NCBI GenBank assembly: GCA_963777765.1
Contig: CAVZRP010000007.1
Coordinates: 397,968 to 461,967, forward strand
Reading direction: 5' to 3'
Source: an uncultured Alphaproteobacteria bacterium
GTDB taxonomy: Bacteria; Pseudomonadota; Alphaproteobacteria; Rhodobacterales; Rhodobacteraceae
DNA length: 64,000 nt
Under the pieces are notes generated by a model. That model saw only the letters and a list, made by a program, of their open reading frames with translations, had not been told where the DNA came from and did no database searches. Position 1 is the first letter of the stretch; each line of letters starts with the position of its first letter. Both the position numbers and the translations under genes were made by a program. Below are positions 27,807-37,634 of the stretch, piece after piece.

Positions 27807-30278
27807 TCAACCCCTGAGCCGCTCGCCTTTCGGGTCGTACCAGGGGCGGAGTTGCACGGTGACAGGGTGGCGTTGCCAGGCGATCTCGGCTTCCCACGTC
27901 CCCGAGGCGAGCCAGGCTTCGGTGACGCCTTCGGGATGAGAGACGTAGCCCATGCCGAGGGAGGCACCGATGCGGTGGCCGTATCCGCCCGAGGTAACGG
28001 AGCCGACGATCCGGCCGTCCCGCAGGATCGGCTCGTTGTGATAGAGATGGGGCGGGATGCCTTCGGCGGTTAACCTCAACTGGACAAGGCGGCGGGTGAC
28101 GGGGCCTTCGCTCTTCTGACGCATCAGCGCGTCGCGCCCGATGAAACCGCCGGGTTTGTCGAGGGCCACGGCGAAGCCCAGGCCGGCTTGCAGGGGGGTG
28201 TCCTCCTCGCCGATGTCATGGCCCCAGTGCCGGTAGCCTTTCTCCATGCGAAGCGAGTTGATGGCGAAGTAGCCCCCCATCCGGAGGCCGAAGGCGGTGC
28301 CCGCCTCGGCAAGGCGGTCGAAGACGTGGGTTGCGAATTCGGCGGGCATGTAGAGCTCGTATCCCTGTTCGCCGACATAGGTCAGCCGGCTTGCGCGAAC
28401 GCGGGCATAGCCAAGGTCGATTTCCCGGCTGGTGCCGAAGGGGAAGGCCGCGTCGGACAGGTCGGCGGGGGAAAGGGTTGCGAGAAGCGCGCGCGCCTTC
28501 GGCCCCATCAGCGCCAGCATCGGCAGGCCCGAGGTCACGTCCTGCGCGAAGCAATGCGCGTCCGGCGGGGATGTGGCGGGTCAGCCAGGCAAGGTCGCGG
28601 CGCTGCGAGACGGCGATGGTGACGACGAGGAAGGCGGTTTCGGACAGGCGCGTGACGGTGACGTCGGCCTCGATCCCGCCGAGGTCGTTCAGCCATTGGG
28701 TATAGACCACGCGGCCGACGGGCACGTCGATCTCGTTGGCGCAGAGGCGGTTCAGCACCGCCAGGGCATCGCGCCCTTCGACCGCGGTACTTCGATGAAG
28801 CAGCTATGGTCGAAGAGCGTGACGTTCTCGGCGGTGTTGCGGCATTCGGCGCCGACAGGCGTCGAACCAGCTTTGGCGCGCCATAGGAATAATCGATTTC
28901 GGGCGTGGTGCCGGGCGCGCCGAAGAAGCCGGGGCGTTCCCAGCCAGCGGCTTCGGTCATCCAGGCGCCCCAGCGCCCGCAGCCGGTCGTGGAACGGGCT
29001 GCGGCGGACGCCGCGGGCGGTGACGAACTGGCGCGATAGGGCCAGTGCATGTCGAACAGCAGGCCCAGCGTCTCGGTCGTGCGCTCTTCGAGATAGGCGG
29101 CGGTTGCCCTGGAAGGTCTGCATGCGGCGCACGTCGACGTCCATCAGTTCCACCGGCGGGCGGCGGTCGCGGATCCAGTCGGCCAGCGCCTTGCCGACGC
29201 CGCCGGAGGACAGGATGCCGATCGAGTTGAAGCCGGTGGCGCAGAACAGGCCCGGCACCTCGGGCGTTTCGCCCAGCAGATAGCGGTCGTCAGGGGTGAA
29301 GCTTTCGGGGCCGTTGAAGAACAGCTGGATGCCGGTCCGCTCGCAGCACCGGCACTCGACGGGTGGCAGCCTCGAGATAGCGGCGCGATGTGGTCGATGT
29401 CCTCGGGCAGGGTGCCGAAGGCGAAATCGTCGGGGATGCCGTTCTGGCCCCACGGCTTGGCATTGGGCTCGAAGAAGCCGACGAGCAGCTTGCCGGCGTC
29501 TTCCTTGTAGTAGGTCCATTCGTCGCCGAGGAAGAGCACGGGCAGGTCGCGCGGCAGGCCGTCGACCGGTTCGGTGACGATGTAGAAATGCTCGGCGGCG
29601 TGCAGCGGCAGGGTGACGCCGATCTGCGCCGCCAGGTCGCGCGACCACATGCCGCCGCAGATGACGACGGTTGTCGGCGCGGATCGGGCCCTTGTCGGTC
29701 ATCACGCCCGGCGGCTTTGCCATTCTCGACCAGGATTTGCGTGACGGCGGTTTGCTCGAGGATGCGTGCGCCGCGCATGCGCGCGCCCTTGGCATAGGCC
29801 ATGCGTCACGTCGGCCGGGTTCACCTGCCCGTCCTGCGGGAACCAGAAGCCGCCGACGATGCCCTCGGTGCTGATCGGCGACCAGCGTTCCTTGATCTCG
29901 CCGGGGCTGACCGGTTCGACGGGCAGGCCGAAATTGCGGCCCATCGAGGCGCCGCGCGCCAGTTCCTCATAGCGCGCCGGCGTGTTGGCGACGCGCAGCG
30001 AGCCGCGCCGCTGGAATCCGGTCGCCTGGCCGGTTTCCGCCTCGAGCGTGCCGAAAAGCTCGCCGGTGTACTTGGCCAGTTCGGTCATGCGCCGGGTGGC
30101 GCGCAGTTGGGTGACAAGGCCGGCCGCGTGCCAGGTGGTGCCGCAGGTCAGTTGCTTGCGTTCGCACAGCACCACATCGGTGATGCCGATCTTGCGTCAG
30201 GTGGTAGGCGACCGAGCATCCGGCCACGCCGCCGCCGATGATGACGACGTCGGCGCGGTCCGGGAAATCTGCGGCCAT
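27807..30278 (-). CDS. GcvT-family FAD-dependent amine oxidoreductase (sarcosine/dimethylglycine dehydrogenase-like; several indels)
   Basis: [60 protein letters not shown]. Confidence 0.92.
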
Positions 30279-30295
30279 GTCTTCTCCCCCTCGTC

Positions 30296-31808
30296 TCAGC
30301 GCGTGCCCGGATAGCTTTCCTCCGCGGCATAGGGGAACCACCAGAAATCCTGCTTGCTGGCGCCTGGGGTCGATCATCACGAACTTCGTGTTCTGGAACT
30401 GGCTCAAGCCTTCGGGGCCGAGTTGCCGCCCGTTGCCGGACAGCTTGCGCCCGCCGAAGGGCAGCGCGTCATTGTCCAGGAGCGGGGCGTTGATCCACAG
30501 GATCCCCGACTGGATTTCGCGTACCGCGCGGAACGTCTCGTCCGTGTCGCGGGTATAGAGGTTCGCGCCCAGCCCGTAGTCGGAGCGGTTGGCGAGTTCG
30601 ATCGCCTGATCGAAGCTGCTGACACGGCAGATCGGGGCGACGGGGCCGAAGGATTCGTTCTGTAGGATGTCCATGTCGGGGGTCACGTCGGTCAGCACGG
30701 TGGGTTCGACGAACCAGCCGGTGTTCAGGTTGGCGGGGCGACCACCGCCGGTGGCGACCTTTGCGCCCTGACGGCGGGCGTTGGACATCAGCGCCTCGAA
30801 CCGGTCGCGCTGGCGGCGGGTGGCCATCGGCCCCATGTCGACCTCGTGCAAACCGTTGCCCAGACGGAGTTTCTTCGCCTCGGCCACCAGCAGACTGACG
30901 AATTCATCGTGGATGTCATCGTGGACGTAGAAGCGTTCGGCCGAGGTGCAGACCTGCCCGCAGTTGAGGTAGGCGGCGAAGGCGGCACCGCGCGCGGCGA
31001 TGTCGAGCGGGGCCGACGGCATGACGATGAAGGGGTCGTTGCCCGACGCCTCGATCAGGCAGGGCTTGAAGGTTTCGGCGCAGGTGCGGGCAACGGCCTG
31101 ACCGACGGCGACCGATCCGGTATAGGCCACGCCATGCGTCTTGCGGCTGGCCACAAGGCGCTGGGCCACGCGCGGACCGCCGGTGAGGCATTGCATCAGA
31201 CCTTCCGGCAGGCCCTTGAACACCTCCATGAATTTCAGCGTGGTGATGCTGGTCTGTTCGTGCGGCTTGACGATGACGGCGTTGCCTGCGGCAAGTGCCG
31301 CTGCGGCTTCCCAGCACAGAAGCACGAGAGGGTAGTTGAAGGGCAGGATGATGACGATGGTGCCGAGCGGCTCCTTGATGGCAAAGTGGAACTGCCCAGG
31401 AACGGTGGCTCCGGCGATGCGGCCGGCTTCGTGGCGTGCGATCTCGGCGTAATAGTCCATCGCGGTAGCGCACCACGAGACCTCGTCGAGCGATTCCTTG
31501 AACGGTTTGCCTTCCTCGCGCGTCAGGTATTCGGCGTAGAGCGCCTTGTCGCGGCGCATGACGGCGGCAATCTCGTGCATCACCACGGCGCGGCTGCGCA
31601 TGTCGATCGCGTTCCAGGCGCGGCCTGCGGCAAGGGCCGTGTCGGTTGCGGCATCAACCTCGGCATCCGTCGCGTCGGCGATCTGGCCGATGCGTTCTTC
31701 GGTGGCGGGTTCGATCACGTCGAGATGCTCTGTCGCCTGGCTGGGCTGGTAGGAGCCGCCGACGAAAAGCTTGCCTGAGAGCGCCGCAAAGGTTTCAATG
31801 GCGTTCAT
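30296..31808 (-). CDS. NAD-dependent aldehyde dehydrogenase (indel near 3' end)
   Basis: PFNYP, KPHE, YTGS, IEASGND, NCGQVCTS, ESFGP, YGL, PFGGRKLSG; true end QDFWWFPY...GTR*. Confidence 0.95.
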
Positions 31809-31824
31809 GGGTGGCCCTCCGAGT

Positions 31825-31863
31825 GTTTGAATTTTTTTGAACGCTGTCACGAAAAATTTTACA
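31825..31863. promoter_or_regulatory. tandem AT-rich operator-like sites between ALDH and regulator
   Basis: GTTtgaatttttttgAAC and TGTcacgaaaaattttACA imperfect palindromes; a related aatttttgagcg lies at 34865-34876. Confidence 0.5.
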
Positions 31864-31973
31864 TGGCAAGAATTTTGTTGTCTGCTTGGGATCGGGCAGC
31901 GAGCGGTTGACGCGACTTCGGGGTTGCGGGCATATCGCCGGGCGGTCGGCAGTATGGCAGAGAGCGACGGACG

Positions 31974-32585
31974 ATGAACCAGCGTGAGCAGGCTCCGGGG
32001 CGGGCGAAGGCCGTGGCCCGTTCCAGCAAGGAAGCGGCAGAACTGGATATCGGCGCGCGGTTGCGCGCGGTGCGCGAGCGGGCGGGGCTGAGCCAGCGGG
32101 ATCTGGCGAAGCGGGCCGGGGTCACGAACTCGACGATCTCATTGATCGAGCAGGAAGCGCACGCGCCTTCGCTGGCGTCGCTGCACCGGATCTTGTCGGC
32201 GGTGCCGATTTCGATCGCGGATTTCTTCGCGCTGCCCACGTCGCAGCAGAACGTGCTGTTCTATGACAGCGACGACCTGGCTGTGCTGACGCGCGGCGAG
32301 GCGGATCTGCGGGTGCTGGCGGCGGAGCGTCGGGACAAGATGCTGCAGATGTTCATCGAGCGCTATCAGCCGGGGGCGGGAACAGGGGACGAGCCGATCT
32401 CGCATGACGGCGAGACGGCGGCGGTGATCCTGCGCGGGACGGTCGAGGTGACAGTCGGCGACGTGACACGGGTGCTGCGGCGGGGGGGCGGATACCAGTT
32501 GATCGGGAAGCAACCGTATACGCTGCGCAACATCGGCAAGACGGTGGCCGTGGTCGCCTGCGCCTGCACACCGCCGATGTTCTGA
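31974..32585 (+). CDS. XRE-HTH + cupin transcriptional regulator (PuuR-like)
   Basis: IGARLRAVRERAGLSQRDLAKRAGVTNSTISLIEQ..PS; cupin SHDGE; C-terminal TPP.F. Confidence 0.93.
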   Translation: MNQREQAPGRAKAVARSSKEAAELDIGARLRAVRERAGLSQRDLAKRAGVTNSTISLIEQEAHAPSLASLHRILSAVPISIADFFALPTSQQNVLFYDSDDLAVLTRGEADLRVLAAERRDKMLQMFIERYQPGAGTGDEPISHDGETAAVILRGTVEVTVGDVTRVLRRGGGYQLIGKQPYTLRNIGKTVAVVACACTPPMF

Positions 32586-32693
32586 CGCGCCGGATCAAAC
32601 TCAGGCGATGACGGATTTGCCCGATCCAGTCCGACCTGTCGACGCTGCGTAAAGGCGGCGGGAAAGCCGCTGCACACGCTGCGCTGATTGGGC

Positions 32694-34025
32694 CTAGTCC
32701 TGCTGACCGAGGTAGGGTGTGCGCAGCGGGCCTGCGGCGTTGGCGTGGGAGGAGAAGCCTTCGTATTCGGCGAGGCGCCGGGCATGGGCTGACACCTCGG
32801 GCCAGGCTTTCGCGGTGACGTAGCCGATGGAGGTGCGCTTCATGAAATCGGTCACCGACAGCGGACCGTGGCTGCGCGCGCCCGAGGACGTCGGCAGCAC
32901 GTTGTTGGGGCCGAGGCAGAAGTTCGCGACGGTGACGGGGGTGTGGGGGCCGAGCAGGATTTCGGCGGCCTCGGTCAGTTCGCCCAGATGCTCGAACGGG
33001 CGGGTGGAAAGAACCTCGAGATGTTCTGGGGCGTAGTCGTTGATGAAACGATAGGCCTCGGCCAGCGAAGGGGCGAGGATGATGCCGCCGGAGCGGCCGG
33101 TCAGAACCGTCTGGCAGAACTGTCGGCGCTGAGGGGTCATCTCGGCCCAGTGGGCGGGAAGGGCGGCGATGGCCTGTTCCACGACCCGCTCGGACGGGGT
33201 GACGAGCCATGCGGAACTGTCGGGGCCATGCTCCGCCTCGATCAGCAGGTCGAGTGCTGCGAGGCCGCCATGGAGCGTGCCATCGGCGAAGATGATGCAT
33301 TCGGACGGGCCGGCGGGAAGGCCCGGGTCGATCACGTCGGAGAGCAGCCGTTTGGCTGCGACAACGTAGAGCGAGCCGGGGCCGACGATCTTGACGGCGC
33401 GTCCGATGGTCTGCGTGCCGTAGGCGGCGGCGGCGACGGCTTGCGCGCCCCCGACCTTGTAGACCGTTTCCACCCCCGCGAGGCGCGCGGCGACAAGGGT
33501 GGCGGCATCGACACCACCCTGGGGCGTGGGTGGGGTAAAGATGGCAATGTCGGGCACGCCGGCAAGGACCGCCGGAACCGAGGTCATCATCGTGACCGAC
33601 GGGAAACTGCCCTTTCCGCGCGGCACGTAGAGCGCGACGGAGCGGATCGGCGTGTAGCGGTCGCCCGCGAAGGCGCCGGGGCGGATTTCCTTGAGGAACA
33701 TCGGGTCAGGGCGCTGCTCTTCGTGAAAGCTGCGGATGTTGCCGATGGCGTAGCGGATCGTCTCGATCAGTTCGGGGTCCAGCAGGTCGAAGGCGGCGTC
33801 GAATTCTGCCTCGCTGGCCGTCAGCGTGGCGGGGGTCAGCCCTTCGGCGCCGTCCAACTCGCGCCCGAAGCGGGCAAGAGCCACATCGCCGTCGGTGCGG
33901 ACGGCATCGATGATGGGGCGAACCTTGTCGGAGTAGGCTGCGAGATCGGTCTCGGATCGGCGCAGCAGGTTGGCGCGCGCATCGGACGAGAGTTCGGAGA
34001 GGCGGACGACGTTCACTTTGGGCAT
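32694..34025 (-). CDS. histidinol dehydrogenase-family paralogue (non-canonical)
   Basis: YVPRGKGSFPS, VGGAQA.AA..YGT, KIVGPG, AGPSE, LIEAEHG, YAPEHL, GPNNVLPT, EGFSSHA. Confidence 0.92.
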   Translation of the reverse strand: MPKVNVVRLSELSSDARANLLRRSETDLAAYSDKVRPIIDAVRTDGDVALARFGRELDGAEGLTPATLTASEAEFDAAFDLLDPELIETIRYAIGNIRSFHEEQRPDPMFLKEIRPGAFAGDRYTPIRSVALYVPRGKGSFPSVTMMTSVPAVLAGVPDIAIFTPPTPQGGVDAATLVAARLAGVETVYKVGGAQAVAAAAYGTQTIGRAVKIVGPGSLYVVAAKRLLSDVIDPGLPAGPSECIIFADGTLHGGLAALDLLIEAEHGPDSSAWLVTPSERVVEQAIAALPAHWAEMTPQRRQFCQTVLTGRSGGIILAPSLAEAYRFINDYAPEHLEVLSTRPFEHLGELTEAAEILLGPHTPVTVANFCLGPNNVLPTSSGARSHGPLSVTDFMKRTSIGYVTAKAWPEVSAHARRLAEYEGFSSHANAAGPLRTPYLGQQD

Positions 34026-34035
34026 TCCGTTTCCT

Positions 34036-34794
34036 TCAGATCGCTGCAAGGTAGCCGCCGTCGATGCCGATGCACTGGCCGGTAATGTAGGCGGAGGCGT
34101 CCGAGGCGAGAAAGACGACCGCACCGACCACGTCCCGCCCTTCGCCGAAGCGGCCCTGCGGGATCTTGGCGCGCATGGCATCGGCCCAGGCCTGGTCGCG
34201 GTAAAAGACGTCGGTCAGGTCGGTGCGGAAGTAGCCCGGCGCAATGGCGTTGACGCGGATTCCGCGCCCGGCCCATTCGGTGGACAGGGCACGGGTCATC
34301 CCAAGCAGACCCGACTTGGACGACCCATAGGGTGTAGCCGTGGGCACACCGACGAAAGACGTGAGCGATGCAAGGTTGACGACCGACCCGCGGCCACGCG
34401 CGAGCATCCCCTTCGCCACGGCCTGCGTGGTGAAGAAGGCGCCCTTGAGGTTGGTGTCCACGATCCTGTCCCAGAGATCGGGCGTGACCTCGATCGACGG
34501 GGCGACCTGTTCGATGCCTGCGTTGTTCACGAGGATGTCGAGCGGGCCGAGCGCCTCGATCGCGGGGGCTATGGCTTCGGTCCGCGACTGGTCGAGCGCG
34601 AGCGGCGTAACAGTGCGGCCAAGGGAGCGGAGGCGCGCAGCGGTCTCGGCAAGAGCATCGAGACTGCGTGCCGTTATGACGAGATCGGCACCGGCCTCGG
34701 CCAGACCCATGGCAATGGCTTGGCCAAGGCCGCGGCTGGCACCGGTCACGAGGGCACGGCGACCGGCGAGTGAAAACAGATCGGTGTGGGTCAT
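34036..34794 (-). CDS. short-chain dehydrogenase (KduD/gluconate 5-dehydrogenase-like)
   Basis: FSLAGRRALVTGASRGLG, NNAG, YGSSK, NAIAPGYF.T, DGGYLA. Confidence 0.93.
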   Translation of the reverse strand: MTHTDLFSLAGRRALVTGASRGLGQAIAMGLAEAGADLVITARSLDALAETAARLRSLGRTVTPLALDQSRTEAIAPAIEALGPLDILVNNAGIEQVAPSIEVTPDLWDRIVDTNLKGAFFTTQAVAKGMLARGRGSVVNLASLTSFVGVPTATPYGSSKSGLLGMTRALSTEWAGRGIRVNAIAPGYFRTDLTDVFYRDQAWADAMRAKIPQGRFGEGRDVVGAVVFLASDASAYITGQCIGIDGGYLAAI

Positions 34795-35010
34795 CGCGTT
34801 CTCCTGGCCTACCTGTCTATCGGGCCTTGACCCCGCGGAGGAAGGGTGACTGAGACGGCTGCCTAATTTTTGAGCGAACCCTTGGAAAGGCTGAGCCTAA
34901 TCGCGGCTGAGCAACTCCGTGATTGTGCCACCTTCCAAAGCGTGTTTGCCTCGCCCGGAACAAGCGCCGGAAGGGCGCGAGGAACGGGGAGCACGAAGAT
35001 GGAGACTGGG

Positions 35011-35985
35011 ATGATGACGCGGGTGCTGAGGTCTGGTGTCGCGCTGGCGGGGCTGATGGCTCTGTCGGGAACGGCGGTTTCGGCAGGCGAGATCAAGCTG
35101 GGGATGACGACCTGGGTGGGCTATGGCGAGTTGTTCCTGGCGCGCGACCTTGGCTACTTCAAAGAAATGGGCCTCGATATCGGACTCGAGATCATCGAGG
35201 AAGGCTCGCTGACCATGGCGGGTGTCGCCTCGGGTGAATTGCAGGGCACGGCGGCCACCATTGACGAGATCATGAAGTACCGCTCGCCCGACCTGTGCTT
35301 CAAGGCGGTCTATGCGCTGGATGACAGCCATGGCGGCGATGGCATCCTTGCCGGGACGGATGTGGCGAGCTTTGCCGACCTGAAGGGCAAGGATGTGGGG
35401 CTGAACGAAGGGTCGGTCAGCCAGTTCTGGTTCAGTATCCTGCTGAAACAGAATGGCATGACCGAGGCTGACGTGAACGTGGTCAACATGACAGCGGACG
35501 ACGCGGCGGCGGCCTTCATGGCGGGTCAGATCCCGGTGGCGGTGACCTGGGAGCCGCACCTGACGCTGGCGAAGGAGCAGAAAGTGGGCAAGGTGCTGGT
35601 CTCGTCCGACGAGACGCCCGGATTGATCGTCGATGTCGTGGCGCTGCGCTGCGACGTGATCGAGAACCAGCCCGACGATGTGAAGGCGCTGGTGGCGGGC
35701 CTTCAGAAGGCACACGAGTATCTGCTGGCGAACCAGGCCAAGGCCTATGAGATCATGGCCAAGGGCGTGGGCGGCTGGCTTTCGGACCCGAAGGATTTCG
35801 CGGCCTCGGCGGCGGGCGTGCAGTTCTATGGGAAGGAGCGCAACGCAGAATTCTTCAAGGGTGGGGCGGACGGCGAGGCCGGCAAGCTGGTGGCGCTGGG
35901 TGGCGAGATCTGGGGCGGGCTGGGCAAGTTGCAGATGGACGTGAAGTACGACGACCTGGTCGATACGAGCTTCCTCGCGCAGTAA
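35011..35985 (+). CDS. NitT/TauT-family ABC transporter substrate-binding protein
   Basis: Signal peptide, TWVGY, DDSHGGDGI, DLKGK, VTWEP. Confidence 0.92.
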   Translation: MMTRVLRSGVALAGLMALSGTAVSAGEIKLGMTTWVGYGELFLARDLGYFKEMGLDIGLEIIEEGSLTMAGVASGELQGTAATIDEIMKYRSPDLCFKAVYALDDSHGGDGILAGTDVASFADLKGKDVGLNEGSVSQFWFSILLKQNGMTEADVNVVNMTADDAAAAFMAGQIPVAVTWEPHLTLAKEQKVGKVLVSSDETPGLIVDVVALRCDVIENQPDDVKALVAGLQKAHEYLLANQAKAYEIMAKGVGGWLSDPKDFAASAAGVQFYGKERNAEFFKGGADGEAGKLVALGGEIWGGLGKLQMDVKYDDLVDTSFLAQ

Positions 35986-36039
35986 CAGGCAGCGGCGCCG
36001 GGGCCATGCGCCCCGGCCAGTCTTGAAGAGGTGTCCCAC

Positions 36040-36840
36040 GTGGCAGACAAGCACCCGCTTTCCGCGGCCTTTGTTCCCTTTCGTCAGATTCCTGTCGGCC
36101 TGACCGTCGCGCTCGGCGTGCTGGTCTGGATGCTGGTGATCGGCGGCTGGATGTTCCTGACCTATGGCGGGCGCGTGCCGCCCATGTTCCTGCCCGCGCC
36201 GGGCAAGGTGCTTGCAACGGCGGGGCGGCTGGTTGCCGACGGGACGCTGATCCAGCACACGCTCGCCTCGGCGCAGGTGGTGCTGATCGGATTCATCCTG
36301 TCCTCTGTCGTCGCGGTGCCGCTGGGGCTCTACATGGGCACCTACAAGGCGGTGCAGGCGGGGCTGGACCCCCTGGTGAATTTCATCCGCTATCTTCCGG
36401 TCACGTCCTTCGTGCCGCTGTTCATCCTGTGGATCGGGATCGGGTTGGAACAGCGGGTGGCGGTGATCGTGTTCGGCGTGTTCTTCCAGCAGCTCGTGAT
36501 GATCGCCGATGCCGCCCGTTCGGTTCCGCGCGATCTGGTGAACGCGGCCTACACGCTGGGCACGGGCCGGTCGCGCACGGTGCGCGACATCGTCTTTCCG
36601 GCGACGCTGCCTGCGGTGCTGGACGTGCTGCGGGTGACGGTGGGCTGGGCCTGGACCTATCTGGTGGTGGCAGAGCTGGTCGCGGCGAAATCGGGGCTGG
36701 GCTATATCTCGCTGAAGGCGATGCGGGGGTTCCAGGTGGATGTGATCTTCCTCGCCATCGCGATGATCGGCTTGCTGGGCCTGATGACCGATCAGGGGTT
36801 CCGGCTGCTCCGGCGCTATGCCGCGCCTTGGGCTGCGTGA
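36040..36840 (+). CDS. NitT/TauT-family ABC transporter permease
   Basis: FLPAP, RYLP, EAA-like LVNAAYTLG, GWAWTYLVVAELVAA.SGLG; start may instead be 36031. Confidence 0.93.
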   Translation: MADKHPLSAAFVPFRQIPVGLTVALGVLVWMLVIGGWMFLTYGGRVPPMFLPAPGKVLATAGRLVADGTLIQHTLASAQVVLIGFILSSVVAVPLGLYMGTYKAVQAGLDPLVNFIRYLPVTSFVPLFILWIGIGLEQRVAVIVFGVFFQQLVMIADAARSVPRDLVNAAYTLGTGRSRTVRDIVFPATLPAVLDVLRVTVGWAWTYLVVAELVAAKSGLGYISLKAMRGFQVDVIFLAIAMIGLLGLMTDQGFRLLRRYAAPWAA

Positions 36841-36845
36841 GTGGC

Positions 36846-37625
36846 ATGACGCAGTCTGCCGATATCACCGTCACCGATGTGACGCTGCGCTATGGAAACG
36901 GGCCGAAGACGGTTCTGGCGCTGGACGGGCTGTCGCTTTCGGTCAGGCCGAACGAATTCGCGGTGATCGTGGGGCCCTCGGGCTGCGGCAAGTCGAGCCT
37001 CCTCTACCTGATCGCGGGGCTGGAGGAACGGACCGCCGGGACGATCACCGTGGGGGGCAAGGCGGTCGCCGGGCCGGGGGCGGACCGGGGGATGGTGTTC
37101 CAGGGCTACACCCTGTTCCCCTGGCTGACCGTGGCGCAGAACGTGGAATACGGGCCACGCCGGCGGGGGGTGGCCGAGGGCGAGCGGCGCGAACTGGTGC
37201 GGCACTACCTCGACGAGGTGGGACTGGCCGCGTTCCGCGACCACTACCCCTCGCAGCTTTCGGGCGGCATGAAGCAGCGTGTCGCGATTGCGCGCGCGCT
37301 GGCGAACGATCCGGCGGTGCTGCTGATGGACGAGCCGTTCGGCGCACTCGACAGCCAGACGCGCCACGCGATGCAGCGACTTCTGCTGCGGGTCTGGGAC
37401 CATACGCAGAAGACGGTGCTGTTCGTGACGCATGACATCGAGGAAGCGATCCTGCTGGCGGATCGGGTGTTCGTCATGTCGGGGCGGCCCGGGCAGATCC
37501 GCAAGGTGCTCACGGTAGGGTTCGCGCGCCCGCGTGTGGGGGATATCGTTCTGGACCCGGCCTTCATCGCGATGAAGCGCGAGATCATGGAACTGCTGCG
37601 GAGCGACGACGACGAGGATCACTGA
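36846..37625 (+). CDS. NitT/TauT-family ABC transporter ATPase
   Basis: GPSGCGKS, LSGGMKQR, LLMDEPFGALD, VTHDIEEA. Confidence 0.96.
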   Translation: MTQSADITVTDVTLRYGNGPKTVLALDGLSLSVRPNEFAVIVGPSGCGKSSLLYLIAGLEERTAGTITVGGKAVAGPGADRGMVFQGYTLFPWLTVAQNVEYGPRRRGVAEGERRELVRHYLDEVGLAAFRDHYPSQLSGGMKQRVAIARALANDPAVLLMDEPFGALDSQTRHAMQRLLLRVWDHTQKTVLFVTHDIEEAILLADRVFVMSGRPGQIRKVLTVGFARPRVGDIVLDPAFIAMKREIMELLRSDDDEDH

Positions 37626-37634
37626 GCGGCAGCG

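Noticed and set aside
29967-31850. Apparent ALDH-flavoprotein fusion
   Set aside because: Caused by an indel near 30360; the corrected ALDH stops at 30296 and the oxidoreductase has its own RBS and ATG at 30278.
32694-34025. Calling this gene hisD or hpsN
   Set aside because: Key ligand motifs differ from HisD, and the context has neither histidine nor sulfonate genes.
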